A stretch of 64,000 nucleotides of DNA from positions 19,494 to 83,493 of IMG/VR virus record IMGVR_UViG_3300028048_000050; one strand, given 5' to 3'. The stretch comes from a virus (Duplodnaviria; Heunggongvirae; Uroviricota; Caudoviricetes). The position numbers and the translations under genes are program-made. The first letter of the stretch is position 1; each line of letters starts with the position of its first letter. Below the pieces are notes generated by a model. The model saw only the letters and a program-made list of their open reading frames with translations. It ran no database searches and had not been told where the DNA came from. Positions 48,807-58,963 of this stretch are shown here, piece after piece.

Positions 48807-49373
48807 TCAAGCAGATGTCCAGTTAGCTGGCTTGTTCTCACCAACAAGACTCCACTTACCAATGTTGTTGTACTCAACATCCTTCTTAGTAGCCTTGTCA
48901 TTAGGAACACCGAAAGCACGAACAGGAACCTTGTCGTACTCTTCGCACTTAATAGTGCAGCCCTGAAGAGCCTTCATTGTCTCAGTCATGTCAGGATGAG
49001 CCTTACAATAATCGACAATGTCACCCGTTGGACGAACGATACGATCGCTTGTTACGTCCTTACCAGTCTCAGGATCAACTCGGAAAGCGAGCTTAGTCAG
49101 ACTGCTCGGGAAGAAGTTAACAATACGATTCTTTGAGGTGAGACACTTGATGTACTCAGCCACAACAGGCTTACCATCACGATCAACAACTGGCTGACCA
49201 CCACGCATAATACGCTGCTGCCAAATCTTGTAATCAGCACCTGTAGGAATTGTGAACTCCTCACCAGCCTCAATGTTGTTCAGCGTGTCGATTCTGAACG
49301 CTTTGCTGAACTTCTCAACTTCCTGCACATTGGAATTACCATTCTCAATGGCAAATGACTCTTGTAATGTCAT
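48807..49373 (-). CDS. hypothetical protein in the GC-rich island (start set at MTLQESF...)
   Basis: ORF with local GC of about 45%, compared with about 28% elsewhere. Confidence 0.45.
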   Translation of the reverse strand: MTLQESFAIENGNSNVQEVEKFSKAFRIDTLNNIEAGEEFTIPTGADYKIWQQRIMRGGQPVVDRDGKPVVAEYIKCLTSKNRIVNFFPSSLTKLAFRVDPETGKDVTSDRIVRPTGDIVDYCKAHPDMTETMKALQGCTIKCEEYDKVPVRAFGVPNDKATKKDVEYNNIGKWSLVGENKPANWTSA

Positions 49374-49476
49374 ACGCTTAAAAAATTTAAGTTTTGTCCC
49401 TTGAAAGGTGCCTGTAGTACACACCTTCCTTAGGACGATTTTGCTCTTTTTCTCTTGTTTACTACAGTAGTATAGA

Positions 49477-49935
49477 TTATAAAATCTCTACGTCTAACCA
49501 CTTCTCTGAGATGGACACACTATCAGAAGAACTTGAAGTGTACACACCTTTAAACTGATGCTCTTCATCCATCTCCTTCACACCATCCTCAGAATATCCA
49601 CGAGAGTAACGATCTGCTTTCTCCTGAGTAGAGAACCACTTTGGAGGATTAGCATACTTATACTGGACAGACACACGATCGGGATCATTTACCAGACTTA
49701 TACCGGTAATCTCGAGAATTGTCCAACCATTACGACTGTTACGATTAGTGAGATATTCCAAAGCAGCCTTCTCATCATTGATAGTAGCATCGGTAACAAT
49801 ACCATCAGCTAACTGCTTCAGAACTTCGTCACGACCACGCTCGATAATAACACTGAGACGATTAAGGAACAACTCCTGATCTTCAGCAAGTAAGCCTCGC
49901 AATACAAGCTGATTAATTTTTGAAACCTTTTTCAT
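49477..49935 (-). CDS. hypothetical protein in the GC-rich island
   Basis: 152-aa ORF. It has a long 5' leader carrying repeats of the GGCTTAGGTTT motif. Confidence 0.45.
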   Translation of the reverse strand: MKKVSKINQLVLRGLLAEDQELFLNRLSVIIERGRDEVLKQLADGIVTDATINDEKAALEYLTNRNSRNGWTILEITGISLVNDPDRVSVQYKYANPPKWFSTQEKADRYSRGYSEDGVKEMDEEHQFKGVYTSSSSDSVSISEKWLDVEIL

Positions 49936-50234
49936 TTTTAATTTCTCCTATTATTAAGTTTGTTTATGCCGCCAATACATGGCATACCATTGGTGACGTT
50001 ATTGGTTGTATGCCTACGGCTACATAGCCCTTTATACATTTGGCTTAGGTTTTTATAGGAAGGCAATTTTTCTTACTCCTTGCCCAAGGGAAGCCACTCT
50101 TTCGCATTGCGGACACCGTGGTTTTCGTCCATAGTAACATAGCCATTTATATAATTGGCTTAGGTTTAAAATATCCTCAAAGGATTAATAAAAGGTCAGC
50201 CCACCGTTAGGTGAGCCGACCGAAGAGAGACAGG

Positions 50235-50759
50235 CTATGCCTGGAACTCGATGGTGATAAACGGCGAGATGCGGTCGACCAACTTGCCTTTGTCATCCTT
50301 CGCGAATCCAGGGTTCTCTCGACAGATGAGAACTCTGGTGCCAAAGAAGGTGACGGCATGTTTGGCGACGCTTTCGACAGAGCCATTCAGCATAGCCGAG
50401 TCGTCAGTACGGCGCCCAAGTTTCAGGAGATGTTCTGTAAGAGCAGCCCTGAAATTGGAACCGTAGACGACCTTAGCCTCGCCTTTGGCATTGTAAAGAA
50501 CGTCCTTCTTGTGGAGAAGACGGTTCAAAGGCAAGTCTTCGCCGACAGAAGTGGTCAGAAGAATATTCTGAGCACTGTCAGCGTACTTGGTCTTTGAGAC
50601 CGAGCCGTCTTTACCGACTACCTCATAGGAGCCGAGTTTGTAACCTGTGACGGTGAACGTCACGTTATTCTGGAACACGCTCTGAGCGTGTCCAATGCGG
50701 AAGCCCTTGTTGGGGTCCGCAGGCGCTTCAACGAAGCGGATTTCTTGAACGTCTGCCAT
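50235..50759 (-). CDS. hypothetical protein in the GC-rich island (start set at MADVQEI...)
   Basis: ORF with a GC-rich codon bias. The antisense ORFs at 50211..50597 and 50251..50466 are rejected. Confidence 0.45.
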   Translation of the reverse strand: MADVQEIRFVEAPADPNKGFRIGHAQSVFQNNVTFTVTGYKLGSYEVVGKDGSVSKTKYADSAQNILLTTSVGEDLPLNRLLHKKDVLYNAKGEAKVVYGSNFRAALTEHLLKLGRRTDDSAMLNGSVESVAKHAVTFFGTRVLICRENPGFAKDDKGKLVDRISPFITIEFQA

Positions 50760-50897
50760 ATTATAGGGATTTAGACAGACCCGTGATGCGCACGTACGCA
50801 CGGTTACGATAACTATATAGTGTAACCGCAGAGTTACCCATAATATTTTATATATAGTATAGGCTTAGGTTTAAAAATAAAAGGGATAAAATCCCTT

Positions 50898-51140
50898 TTA
50901 AGCGAAGCAATTATGGATAGATTCTTCTTTCCATATCTTAATTGCTATGTTCACTATGGAACTCTTTGTTGGTCCTTTTTCATTAGGACTAACAAAGAAG
51001 TAAGCCTTAGCCTTACTAACTAAGTTGTTCCACTCTTTTTCTGGAATAACTACACCAGCACGAAGTGCTAAGGTGTGCATCTCAGAATCAGATAAATTCC
51101 AGAACGACTTTTTCTGAGACTGCTTGAAAATCTGTTTCAT
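50898..51140 (-). CDS. hypothetical protein (first gene of the minus-strand block, adjacent to the control region)
   Basis: 80-aa ORF. Confidence 0.35.
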   Translation of the reverse strand: MKQIFKQSQKKSFWNLSDSEMHTLALRAGVVIPEKEWNNLVSKAKAYFFVSPNEKGPTKSSIVNIAIKIWKEESIHNCFA

Positions 51141-51784
51141 ATGCTAAATAATTTAATAAATAAAGGACTGAGGAATTAACCTCAGTCCAAGAGCCCTATC
51201 TTTGCTACCCTCTCTCCGAATTCCAGGGACCGTCACGGAGGAATGAGGAAGATGGAACTGAAACTATTTCAGTTCTACTTATCTCCTAAATATATAATAA
51301 TTCTTTAGATTTACTTCTCAGGATGAGAAGTGGTGGCTTAGGTTTTCATTTTCCCACGCGTGACCACAGGGGGAGCCGAGGGGTAGTGTACCCCCTCCCT
51401 CACAACAAAAAAAATTTCAAAAAAATTTTAGAAAAAATTTTAGAAAATAAAAACCCTTATAAAAAATATAGGGGGGGGAATATAAAAATAACTTTCAAAA
51501 AATAAAAAAAAATAAAAAATTTTTATAGAGGTGTTAAACTCGAAAGGAAAAATTCAAGCCGGAAGGCCAATTAATTATAGTTATTTAATTATAGTATTAA
51601 TTATAGTTAGTGTCGAATTTTTTAATAGACCCATAGGTATTTTTTAACTAACCCATATTTATTTTTTAATTTACCCGTTGGATTTTTTAATTTAGTCCTA
51701 AAATTTTGAAATTTTCATAGAGGTGGATATTTTTAATATAAATAAAATTATAAAAATATGTAGTATGAATAGAATAAATAGTTT
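51141..51784. promoter_or_regulatory. divergent intergenic control region between the minus-strand block and the plus-strand late block: GGCTTAGGTTT motif (51335-51345), GC hairpin GAGGGG-tagtgtac-CCCCTC (51378-51397), G8 run, three TTAATTATAGT repeats (51569-51610), four direct repeats of about 21 bp NNNNATTTTTTAA(C/T)TA(A/G)CCC (51613-51698)
   Basis: No credible ORF. It is very AT-rich apart from the GC hairpin. The iteron-like direct repeats were seen directly in the sequence. Confidence 0.5.
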
Positions 51785-52321
51785 GTGATACTTCCAAATG
51801 AGGTAGTAGATTGTGAAGAAATTAGTCCAAAAACTTTGGTAGTTTATTGTGCTATAAAACAACATATGAATAAAGATACTTTAGAAGCTTTTCCTGGAAT
51901 TAAAACTATTGCTAAAGAAGCGGGATGTGGAGAAGATGCTGTAAGAAAAGCAATTAAAGAATTGGTAGATAATAAGTTTATACAACAAATAATAAGACCA
52001 GGTCAAAGTACAATTTATAAATTCTCTACAACAAAAAGTTTTGAACCTTTCTCATATGATTTTTTAAAAGATGATAAAATAAAGATTAGAGAAAAAGCAT
52101 ACCTTATGATGAATCAAAAAGATATGTATAATAAAGGAACTGGAATAGGAACAATTTCTTTCTCTACAAAAGAAGTGGCAAAAAGAACTAGAATGTCTGT
52201 TCCTACAGTATTAGCTTGTGAAAACACTTTAATAAAAGCTGGATATTTATCTAAACCTGATTCAAAATTAATAGATACAGAATCTGGAACACATCAAGAT
52301 TTAAGAATGTATTTATTATAG
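51785..52321 (+). CDS. putative winged-helix / HTH DNA-binding protein (regulator or replication-initiator-like)
   Basis: 178-aa ORF. It is the first gene in the plus direction after the control region and has no TAG codon. Confidence 0.4.
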   Translation: MILPNEVVDCEEISPKTLVVYCAIKQHMNKDTLEAFPGIKTIAKEAGCGEDAVRKAIKELVDNKFIQQIIRPGQSTIYKFSTTKSFEPFSYDFLKDDKIKIREKAYLMMNQKDMYNKGTGIGTISFSTKEVAKRTRMSVPTVLACENTLIKAGYLSKPDSKLIDTESGTHQDLRMYLL

Positions 52322-52525
52322 TTATATAATATGGCTGCTGTCACATATAGATAGACACAATAGAATACAGAGGATATACAAGAATTACAAAAAGATAATG
52401 CCATAATGAAAAAACAAATTGAAATATTAACCAGAGCTATATTTAAAGAAGAAAAAACTCCAGAAATTAAGATTTAACATTTTTTAAATTTGTCTTTTTA
52501 AAATAACAAATATATTAGTATTGTT

Positions 52526-52891
52526 ATGAAACAGGAAGAAATATTAAAAGCTCTCATAGAAGAGCTATTCGCAATGGACACACTACATCAAGAATATCAA
52601 GATAATGATTCTCATTTTGTAGTAGATTCAACAAGAGAAGGAAATACTTTAACTATTAAAGTACAACTTTTAGAAAATAAAGATAAGAAAGAATTTGAAA
52701 ATTGGTTACAACAAGTTGATGATGACCTTTTCCAAGAAGTTTTAGAGGAACTTGCAGAGAGAGAAGGTCTTACAGATTTAGACTCTCTTTACAAGACTGA
52801 AAATTACCAAAAAGTAATTGACAAAGTAAAAGCTAAAACTAAAGAAATAGCTGCTCGTAAGATTAAAAATCTTAAAAAGTTACTTTCTTAA
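52526..52891 (+). CDS. acidic hypothetical protein
   Basis: 121-aa ORF. Confidence 0.4.
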   Translation: MKQEEILKALIEELFAMDTLHQEYQDNDSHFVVDSTREGNTLTIKVQLLENKDKKEFENWLQQVDDDLFQEVLEELAEREGLTDLDSLYKTENYQKVIDKVKAKTKEIAARKIKNLKKLLS

Positions 52892-52907
52892 TAAGTAACT
52901 AGAGATT

Positions 52908-52995
52908 GCTCTGTGGTGTAATGGTTTAGCACAGCGGACTCTAAATCCGTAGCCCTCTGAAGGCGTAAGTGTGGGTTCGAATCCTACCAGGGCAA
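52908..52995 (+). tRNA. amber suppressor tRNA, anticodon CUA, class II (long variable arm; closest in arm sequences to this window's own tRNA-Leu(UAA))
   Basis: Acceptor TGCTCTG/CAGGGCA. D-arm GTG-TAATGGTTTAG-CAC. Anticodon arm GCGGA-CTCTAAA-TCCGT. Variable arm AGCCCTCTGAAGGCGTAA. T-arm GTGGG-TTCGAAT-CCTAC. Confidence 0.6.
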
Positions 52996-53196
52996 CAACA
53001 TTAATACAATTTTAGAATGGATACAAAATTATTTAAAGATTTATATCAAGCAAATATTGATGAAATTAAAGCTATAGAACAATTATCTATAGAACATAAT
53101 ATGTTAGATAATGGATATTACTTAAACTGGAAAGATAATTTAAATAAACTATCTATAGATTTAGATAGAGAATAATAATTAAATTTTAATGGGTGT

Positions 53197-53228
53197 AAAA
53201 AATTAAAGGCTCCTCAGGAAACTGAAGA
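53197..53228 (+). terminator. rho-independent terminator-like hairpin followed by a T-run
   Basis: aaaggctcctcaggaaactgaagagccttttttt. Confidence 0.45.
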
Positions 53229-53244
53229 GCCTTTTTTTGTTGTT

Positions 53245-53921
53245 GGTTTATAATTTAATGCTATATCAAATCCAGTCTAAAGAGTATTAGTAAGTGCGTT
53301 AGTAATATAATTAGTTTTTCGCTATTTTACTTGTTCATCTAAAAACTTTTTATAATTGTCATTAAATTCTTTCTATTTTGCTGCTATAGGAGCTTGTGCT
53401 AAATAATTAACATGATTTTTTACAATGGAACCTCCATTAGCATTAGGATTATCTGGATCAAAATGTAATTTAGACATTATTTTATCATAATTACTCTAAA
53501 CCTCATTTTCCTATTGTTGATTCTACATATACTACAAAGCAGTATTTGTCATAATATCTGAATAATTATTATTATAAGAAGATTCAGAATTACTTCCTCC
53601 TAACATAGAACTTATTCCACTAGCTGCTAATTTACCCCAATCACTGTTTAAAAAATTTCCAACTTTTCCTAAACTATTTGATATCCAATTAGTTTTAGTT
53701 CCATCAGAAGCTTTAATAATACCGCCTTCTTTATGCTTCCATTTTCTAGCATTAGCAGCAAATGTAGCTTTCTTTCTTATCTTTGGGTTAGAACTATTCT
53801 TACCTCTCTAAATACATTCATCTGTAACATTTCCTCCACACCATTTAGTAAATGTTCCTTTCTAAGACTCTTTGATATGGATTTTATGTCCTTTTTTAAA
53901 AATTTTTACGACGTCGTTCAT
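53245..53921 (-). CDS. minus-strand gene(s) with multiple in-frame TAG codons (hypothetical; possibly two genes)
   Basis: Hand translation starting at the ATG at 53921 gives MNDVVKIFKKGHKIHIKES-TAG-KGTFTKWCGGNVTDECI-TAG-RGKNSSNPKIRKK.... It continues through MSKLHFDPDNPNANGG... (second ATG at 53477) with further TAGs. The boundaries are uncertain. Confidence 0.3.
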
Positions 53922-54050
53922 AATTTAAAATATTTTTTAAGCTTAAAATTTAATTTTTTGTTATGTTAAATATTATTTATTTTGACATTACTAAATATAC
54001 TAATACCTTTGGATAAATACAAATATTTTTATATTACTACTAATTAAAAA

Positions 54051-54728
54051 ATGAATTTAAATTATTTTAACAGTGTGTGGAGAATGATTAACAGAATACA
54101 TCCAGAAACAAGGAGTATAATTATTATTTTACTATTTGGTTGGATTCTTTATTCTCAGATAACTGGAGTAACTGGTCAACAAATACATGACAGGTTTGAA
54201 CAAGAGATTGTTAGTAATAAAAAAGCTGAACAATACTCTATGGAAACCGGAGTTGAAATAAACCAGTAGGTCCAAGAAATAGCAGAAATAGATAAGGACG
54301 CTTTTGATGTATTACTTTTAAATTATCATAATAATACTCAAAGTTTGCAAGGTTATAAATATTTGTATTTATCTTGTCTCACAGAAGCTCCAAGATCATT
54401 AGATACTCCTACTTTACAAAAGTAGTGGAATAAATTAGATTATATATATTATGCAGATGAATTAGCTAAACTTCATAGACAAAGCTTTGTTTCTTTCTCT
54501 GATATAGAACAAATGGGATTGTAGTTACCTAAAATGTATAGATTAGTAAAAGCTAGTGATGCAAAAGCAATATCTTTCTTTACAATTGAAGGACATGATA
54601 ATCCAATAGGTTTAATTGTAGTATTTTATAGAGAGCCAAAGGTTTATGATAAACTTTATGCAGGGAGAATTCTTCCACACATTTAGAAACTAGCTTTGTT
54701 ATTAGACTATGAAAAAGCATAGAAATGA
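54051..54728 (+). CDS. hypothetical membrane protein with five in-frame TAG codons (holin-like position upstream of the endolysin)
   Basis: N-terminal transmembrane segment IIIILLFGWILYSQITGVTG. The frame stays open through TAGs to the TGA at 54726 and overlaps the amidase start as ATGA. Confidence 0.4.
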
Positions 54729-55339
54729 TTACAATTATTTTAGGTACAGCTCATTAGAAAAGCATCTAGGGTAAAAGTTCTCCAGATGGAAAATTTAAAG
54801 AATATAAATATTCTAGAGAAATATGCAAGGCTGTATGTGATATTCTACAAAGTATGGGTTATAGAACTATAATTGACATTGAAGATGACGACCTAGGACT
54901 ATCCCAATCTAGAGAATTATCACTAAGATGTAGTATTGTTAATGAATTAGTGAAACAGTATAAAAATTGTATATATGTTTCAATACATGTGAACGCAGCT
55001 GCTTCAGATGGTAAGTGGCATAATGCAACAGGTTGGGAAGTTTATACATCGGTTGGAAAAACAAAATCAGATGAACTTGCAACCTGTTTATATAATGCAG
55101 CAAAGTATAATGCAGAAAATAAGAAAATGCGTACCGATTACTCAGACGGAGATCCAGATAAAGAAGCTCATTTATATGTTCTTAAACATACTAATTGTCC
55201 TGCGGTATTAACCGAGAACTTCTTTTAGGATAACCAAAAAGATGTAGATTATTTAACTAGTGATGAAGGTTTTCATGCAATAGTTAGGCTTCATGTTGAA
55301 GGAATATTAAATTATATAGTAATAGAAGATAAATCTTAA
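54725..55339 (+). CDS. N-acetylmuramoyl-L-alanine amidase (Amidase_3 family endolysin) containing three in-frame TAG codons
   Basis: Hand translation gives MITIILGTAH-TAG-KAS-TAG-GKSSPDG...CIYVSIHVNAAASDGKWHNATGWEVYTS...NCPAVLTENFF-TAG-DNQKD.... This matches the Amidase_3 motifs SIHANA, GxEVYY and PAVLvElgFlsNpeD. The ORF track sees only 54854..55228. Confidence 0.65.
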
Positions 55340-55352
55340 AAATTTATGTTAT

Positions 55353-56264
55353 ATGGAAATGAATTATGATAAAATTAATGGTTCAGTAGGGTTTAGAGAA
55401 GCTGACCATTATTATGGAAATTTAAACGACCCTTCTATCAAGTATATTTCTGTTACTACTTTAATAGAAAAGTATGGAAAAGAATTTGATAGAGAATTTG
55501 TTAGTGCATATAAAGCACTAGAAAAGATAATGGATCCAGCAGACTGGAAAAAAGAAAAAGGTGGTATTTGGAAAAACCATAAGATTCCTGATGATTTCTT
55601 AGATGTATATAATATAACTAAAGAAGAGTTGAATAAAGTACAACAAGATATTTTAGATGATTGGGATAATACCAATAGAATAGCTTGTGAACGTGGAACT
55701 AAGATTCATGCTCAATTAGAGAATTCTTTTTATAATATAGGTAGTAATATTACTTTAAAGAAATTTGGAATCGGAGGAAAATTTGAATGTAAAAAAGATT
55801 ATAGTGAATTAGATTTAGAATATGGAGTTTATCCAGAATATCTAATATACTATGATAATGCTAAAATAGATTTACATCTTGCTGGACAAATAGATCTTAT
55901 AGTAAAGAATGGTAATGATATTTATATTATAGACCATAAGACTAATAAGAAGATAGATTTAAAAGGATTTTATAACAGTGCTAATCGTTCAACGGACAAA
56001 ATGAAATATCCATTAGGACATTTAGATGAATGTAATTTTAATCATTATCAATTACAATTATCTACCTATGCCTGGATGCTTCAGAAACTTAATCCAAAAT
56101 TTGTTATAAAAGATTTGATTCTTAATCACTATGATCATGATGGAAAGAATACTTTATATCATTGTTCATATTTAAAAGATGATGTTGAAAAAATGCTTAA
56201 GCACTATGCTAAGCAACAAAAACTTGAAAAACAAAAAGCTAAATATGCAAGAATACAGTATTGA
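55353..56264 (+). CDS. PD-(D/E)XK nuclease of the RecB/Cas4/YqaJ-like family
   Basis: 303-aa ORF. Motifs GQIDLIV, IIDHKTNKK and QLQLSTYAWM (a QxxxY motif). Confidence 0.5.
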   Translation: MEMNYDKINGSVGFREADHYYGNLNDPSIKYISVTTLIEKYGKEFDREFVSAYKALEKIMDPADWKKEKGGIWKNHKIPDDFLDVYNITKEELNKVQQDILDDWDNTNRIACERGTKIHAQLENSFYNIGSNITLKKFGIGGKFECKKDYSELDLEYGVYPEYLIYYDNAKIDLHLAGQIDLIVKNGNDIYIIDHKTNKKIDLKGFYNSANRSTDKMKYPLGHLDECNFNHYQLQLSTYAWMLQKLNPKFVIKDLILNHYDHDGKNTLYHCSYLKDDVEKMLKHYAKQQKLEKQKAKYARIQY

Positions 56265-56550
56265 TGAACGTAGAGCTATATGTTAGAAATGTCCTATCTT
56301 TAGTCCAGCTAGAGCTATATGTAATCCTAATTTATATTTAAATCCTGATACTAACGAAGTAAGTACCAGTCCTAAGGCAGGATATATTAGAGGATGTAAT
56401 TGCCACGTTTTGATAAAGATGAGGAATTTACATAATCATTGTATAGCGGGAAAATGGTAATAAAATATAAAGATACAAAAGGAGTTATTTATTATAAAAC
56501 ATTTGATGAATATAATAAATACTTAAAAGAGTTAGAAGCTCTTAAATAGA

Positions 56551-56766
56551 ATGAATCTCTTTACGAAGTTATTGAATATTATTGTTGGTAACTGGAGAAA
56601 TTTAACCGGTTATACTTCAGATGAACAAAAAAGAAGACTAGATATATGTAACAAATGTGAACACAAAATGAAATATATGGGTTCATATATATGTGATCAA
56701 TGCGGCTGTATATTAAAATCAAAAGCTAGTGTTGAATCAGAAAAATGTTTAATGAATAAATGGTAA
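56551..56766 (+). CDS. small zinc-ribbon protein
   Basis: 71 aa with CNKCEH...CDQCGC. Confidence 0.35.
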   Translation: MNLFTKLLNIIVGNWRNLTGYTSDEQKRRLDICNKCEHKMKYMGSYICDQCGCILKSKASVESEKCLMNKW

Positions 56767-56767
56767 T

Positions 56768-57352
56768 ATGGAACATCCAATTTTAAGCGAGAATGAAAAA
56801 ATAGCTATGAGAATGGCTGGTGAAAGTACAAGTAGAATTATGACTTTAGATGGTAGAAGTGCAGAAGAAATTATTGAAGAAAGAAATGCTAAAAAGGTTA
56901 ATGAAGAAATTGATTCTTTTGCAGAGAAATTTGAAAAGCACTCAACTAATTTAACAGAGTTTGCTGATAAGGTAAATAAGAATGTTGAAAACATTGAAAT
57001 TATGCCTATTGGTAATTATGTTCTTTGTAAACAATTTGATGAAAATCCTTTCCAAAGAATTGTACGTGATTCTAAGTCTGGACTTATTCTTGATTTAGGT
57101 GGAATGAAACCTGAATATAAGAATACAGACAATGGACAAATTGAAGAAGAAGAACAATTTATAAAGGTTGGTGTTATCCAAGAAGTTGGTCCAGAATGTA
57201 AATGGTGTAAACCTGGAGATACAATTTTCTACACTAAGCCTAGTGCAGTACCTGTTCCTTTCTATAAGCAAGGTCTACAGCTTGTATGTGAAAATAGAGT
57301 TCTTGCAGTTGTTAATGAAGGTTTAACTGAAAGATTTAGTAAATGTAAATAA
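56768..57352 (+). CDS. protein with a C-terminal GroES/Cpn10-like co-chaperonin domain (gp31-like)
   Basis: 194-aa ORF. The segments IMPIGNYVLCKQFDENP...SGLILD...KVGVIQEVGPEC...KPGDTIFY...RVLAVV follow the GroES fold pattern. Confidence 0.4.
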   Translation: MEHPILSENEKIAMRMAGESTSRIMTLDGRSAEEIIEERNAKKVNEEIDSFAEKFEKHSTNLTEFADKVNKNVENIEIMPIGNYVLCKQFDENPFQRIVRDSKSGLILDLGGMKPEYKNTDNGQIEEEEQFIKVGVIQEVGPECKWCKPGDTIFYTKPSAVPVPFYKQGLQLVCENRVLAVVNEGLTERFSKCK

Positions 57353-57354
57353 TT

Positions 57355-57573
57355 ATGGATGAAAAGATTTATTTTGTTCCTGGTTAGAAGGTAACCCTTC
57401 GCCAGGACATACCAAATAAACCTATTATGTTGGTACATAGAGTTGAACGCTCTATAATTAGAAATGAAGATAAGAATGCCTTACTTAAAGGAGTAAAGGT
57501 AAGATGGTTTACAGAAAACGGTTTCTTACAAGAAGCTGTATTCTCAACAAAAGATTTAATCTTAGTCGATTAA
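57355..57573 (+). CDS. small hypothetical protein with one in-frame TAG
   Basis: MDEKIYFVPG-TAG-KVTLRQDIPNKPIMLVHRVERSIIRNEDKNALLKGVKVRWFTENGFLQEAVFSTKDLILVD-TAA. Confidence 0.4.
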
Positions 57574-57575
57574 CT

Positions 57576-58355
57576 ATGGACACAAAAAAGAGTAAAAATT
57601 TAAAGAATGATTTTTATAATTGGTGTGAAAGAAATAATAAACAACCTAAATCTTAGGAAGAGGTTCAAGATTTATTAGTGACTTTTATAACTGAAAATAA
57701 AGAGAAATATCCAGAAGAATATGCTAAAATTCAAACTGCATAGAAAAAAACAACAAGAGCTCTTCATGGTGCTAAATTAAATTATTTTAAATCTTTAAAA
57801 CATCAATGTGCTGAAGATGAAGAAGTAGTTTATTACAAGAAAGGTGGTTCTGTAACTTGTGGTTGTAAAAAGAAAGAACAAGGAGGAGAAGTTCCTTCAG
57901 CTAAAGATGGTGCTGTAGCAAAATTTAAGAATAGAAAGAATATTCCAGCTCCTCAACAACAAATAAATCCTAATGATACTATTCATGTAAATGGACAAAT
58001 TAAAAGTTTAACTAATGAACCTATTAAAGATAAGAACAATACTTATAAACCTCTAACTCCAGAAGAATATAAAAAACTTAAGGATAAGGATAAGAATAGA
58101 GTGGATGAAAAAGATGCCGCTCGTGGAAGACAAGTACATAAATGTGGAGGTAAAGTAAAGAAAGGAGAAGACGGACTTCTTCCTATAAAGAATCCTAAAG
58201 GAAAACCTTCTAAGAATATTAATAGAGGAGGAACTAAAAGTAAACTTCCTGTTCAATCTAAAGGTTCAAAAATAAATAAAGATTGTGGAGGTTCTTCTAT
58301 TGTTTCTCAATTTAAGAAACATTTCTGGGGAGGAAAACTTGGACTTAAAAAATAA
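57576..58355 (+). CDS. lysine-rich basic protein with two in-frame TAGs (virion-internal or DNA-binding candidate)
   Basis: The frame is continuous from the ATG at 57576 through TAGs at about 57654 and 57741 to the TAA. The C-terminal part is the ORF at 58101..58355. Confidence 0.45.
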
Positions 58356-58387
58356 GAAATAAAAAAAAATAAAATGTTAATGTAAAT

Positions 58388-58963
58388 ATGAATATATGGG
58401 ATTATAATTAGAAAACTGGAAGAGCACAATTATTAACTGCTGATTTAGTTTTAATTGATGAATTTAAAAAATTATTAGAACCTTCCAGAAATAAATGTAA
58501 TGAGGATCCTTCTGGACTAGAACACATTAGAGCTGATAGAGAGTTTACTTATATATATTTAGCAATAGATTGGAAATCTCCATATGCTAATTATAGCAAT
58601 TAGGAAAAACATGAAGCTGCTTTAAAAGATGCTCATATTTCAGAAGAAGAATGGAATAACCCTGAATTTCGTGCTGCTTGTAGAAAGTATGTATCAATTC
58701 AAGATTCCAATAGATATGTAAGATTACTTCAAGCTGCTTAGGAGGTAACTGATAAGATTATTGATTATTTCCATAATGTGGATTTACAAGAACAAGATGA
58801 ACAAGGTAAATATCTTGTTAAAGTTAAAGATGTTCAAGCTGCTATGAAAGAGGCTGCTGATCAAATTGAAACTTTGAAACAAATTGAATCTCTTGTTAAG
58901 AAAGAAGTTATGGAGCAAAGTCAAATACGTGGTGGAGCTGTTGAAGGATTTATGCCTGATTAA
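58388..58963 (+). CDS. hypothetical protein with three in-frame TAGs (possible small terminase subunit, by position only)
   Basis: MNIWDYN-TAG-KTGRAQLLTADL...ANYSN-TAG-EKHEAALKD...LQAA-TAG-EVTDKII... then the ORF at 58778..58963. Confidence 0.4.

Noticed and set aside
51569-51698. The direct repeats in the control region could be a CRISPR array.
   Set aside because: The repeats are 11-22 bp with spacers of 0-10 bp and there are no adjacent cas genes. The pattern fits iterons or binding sites, not CRISPR.
55008-55211. ORF 55008..55211 and minus-strand ORFs 55412..55675, 56749..56994, 59524..59715, 60712..60894, 61172..61375 and 62278..62460 in the late block.
   Set aside because: They are nested in or antisense to the recoded amidase, nuclease, terminase and portal genes.
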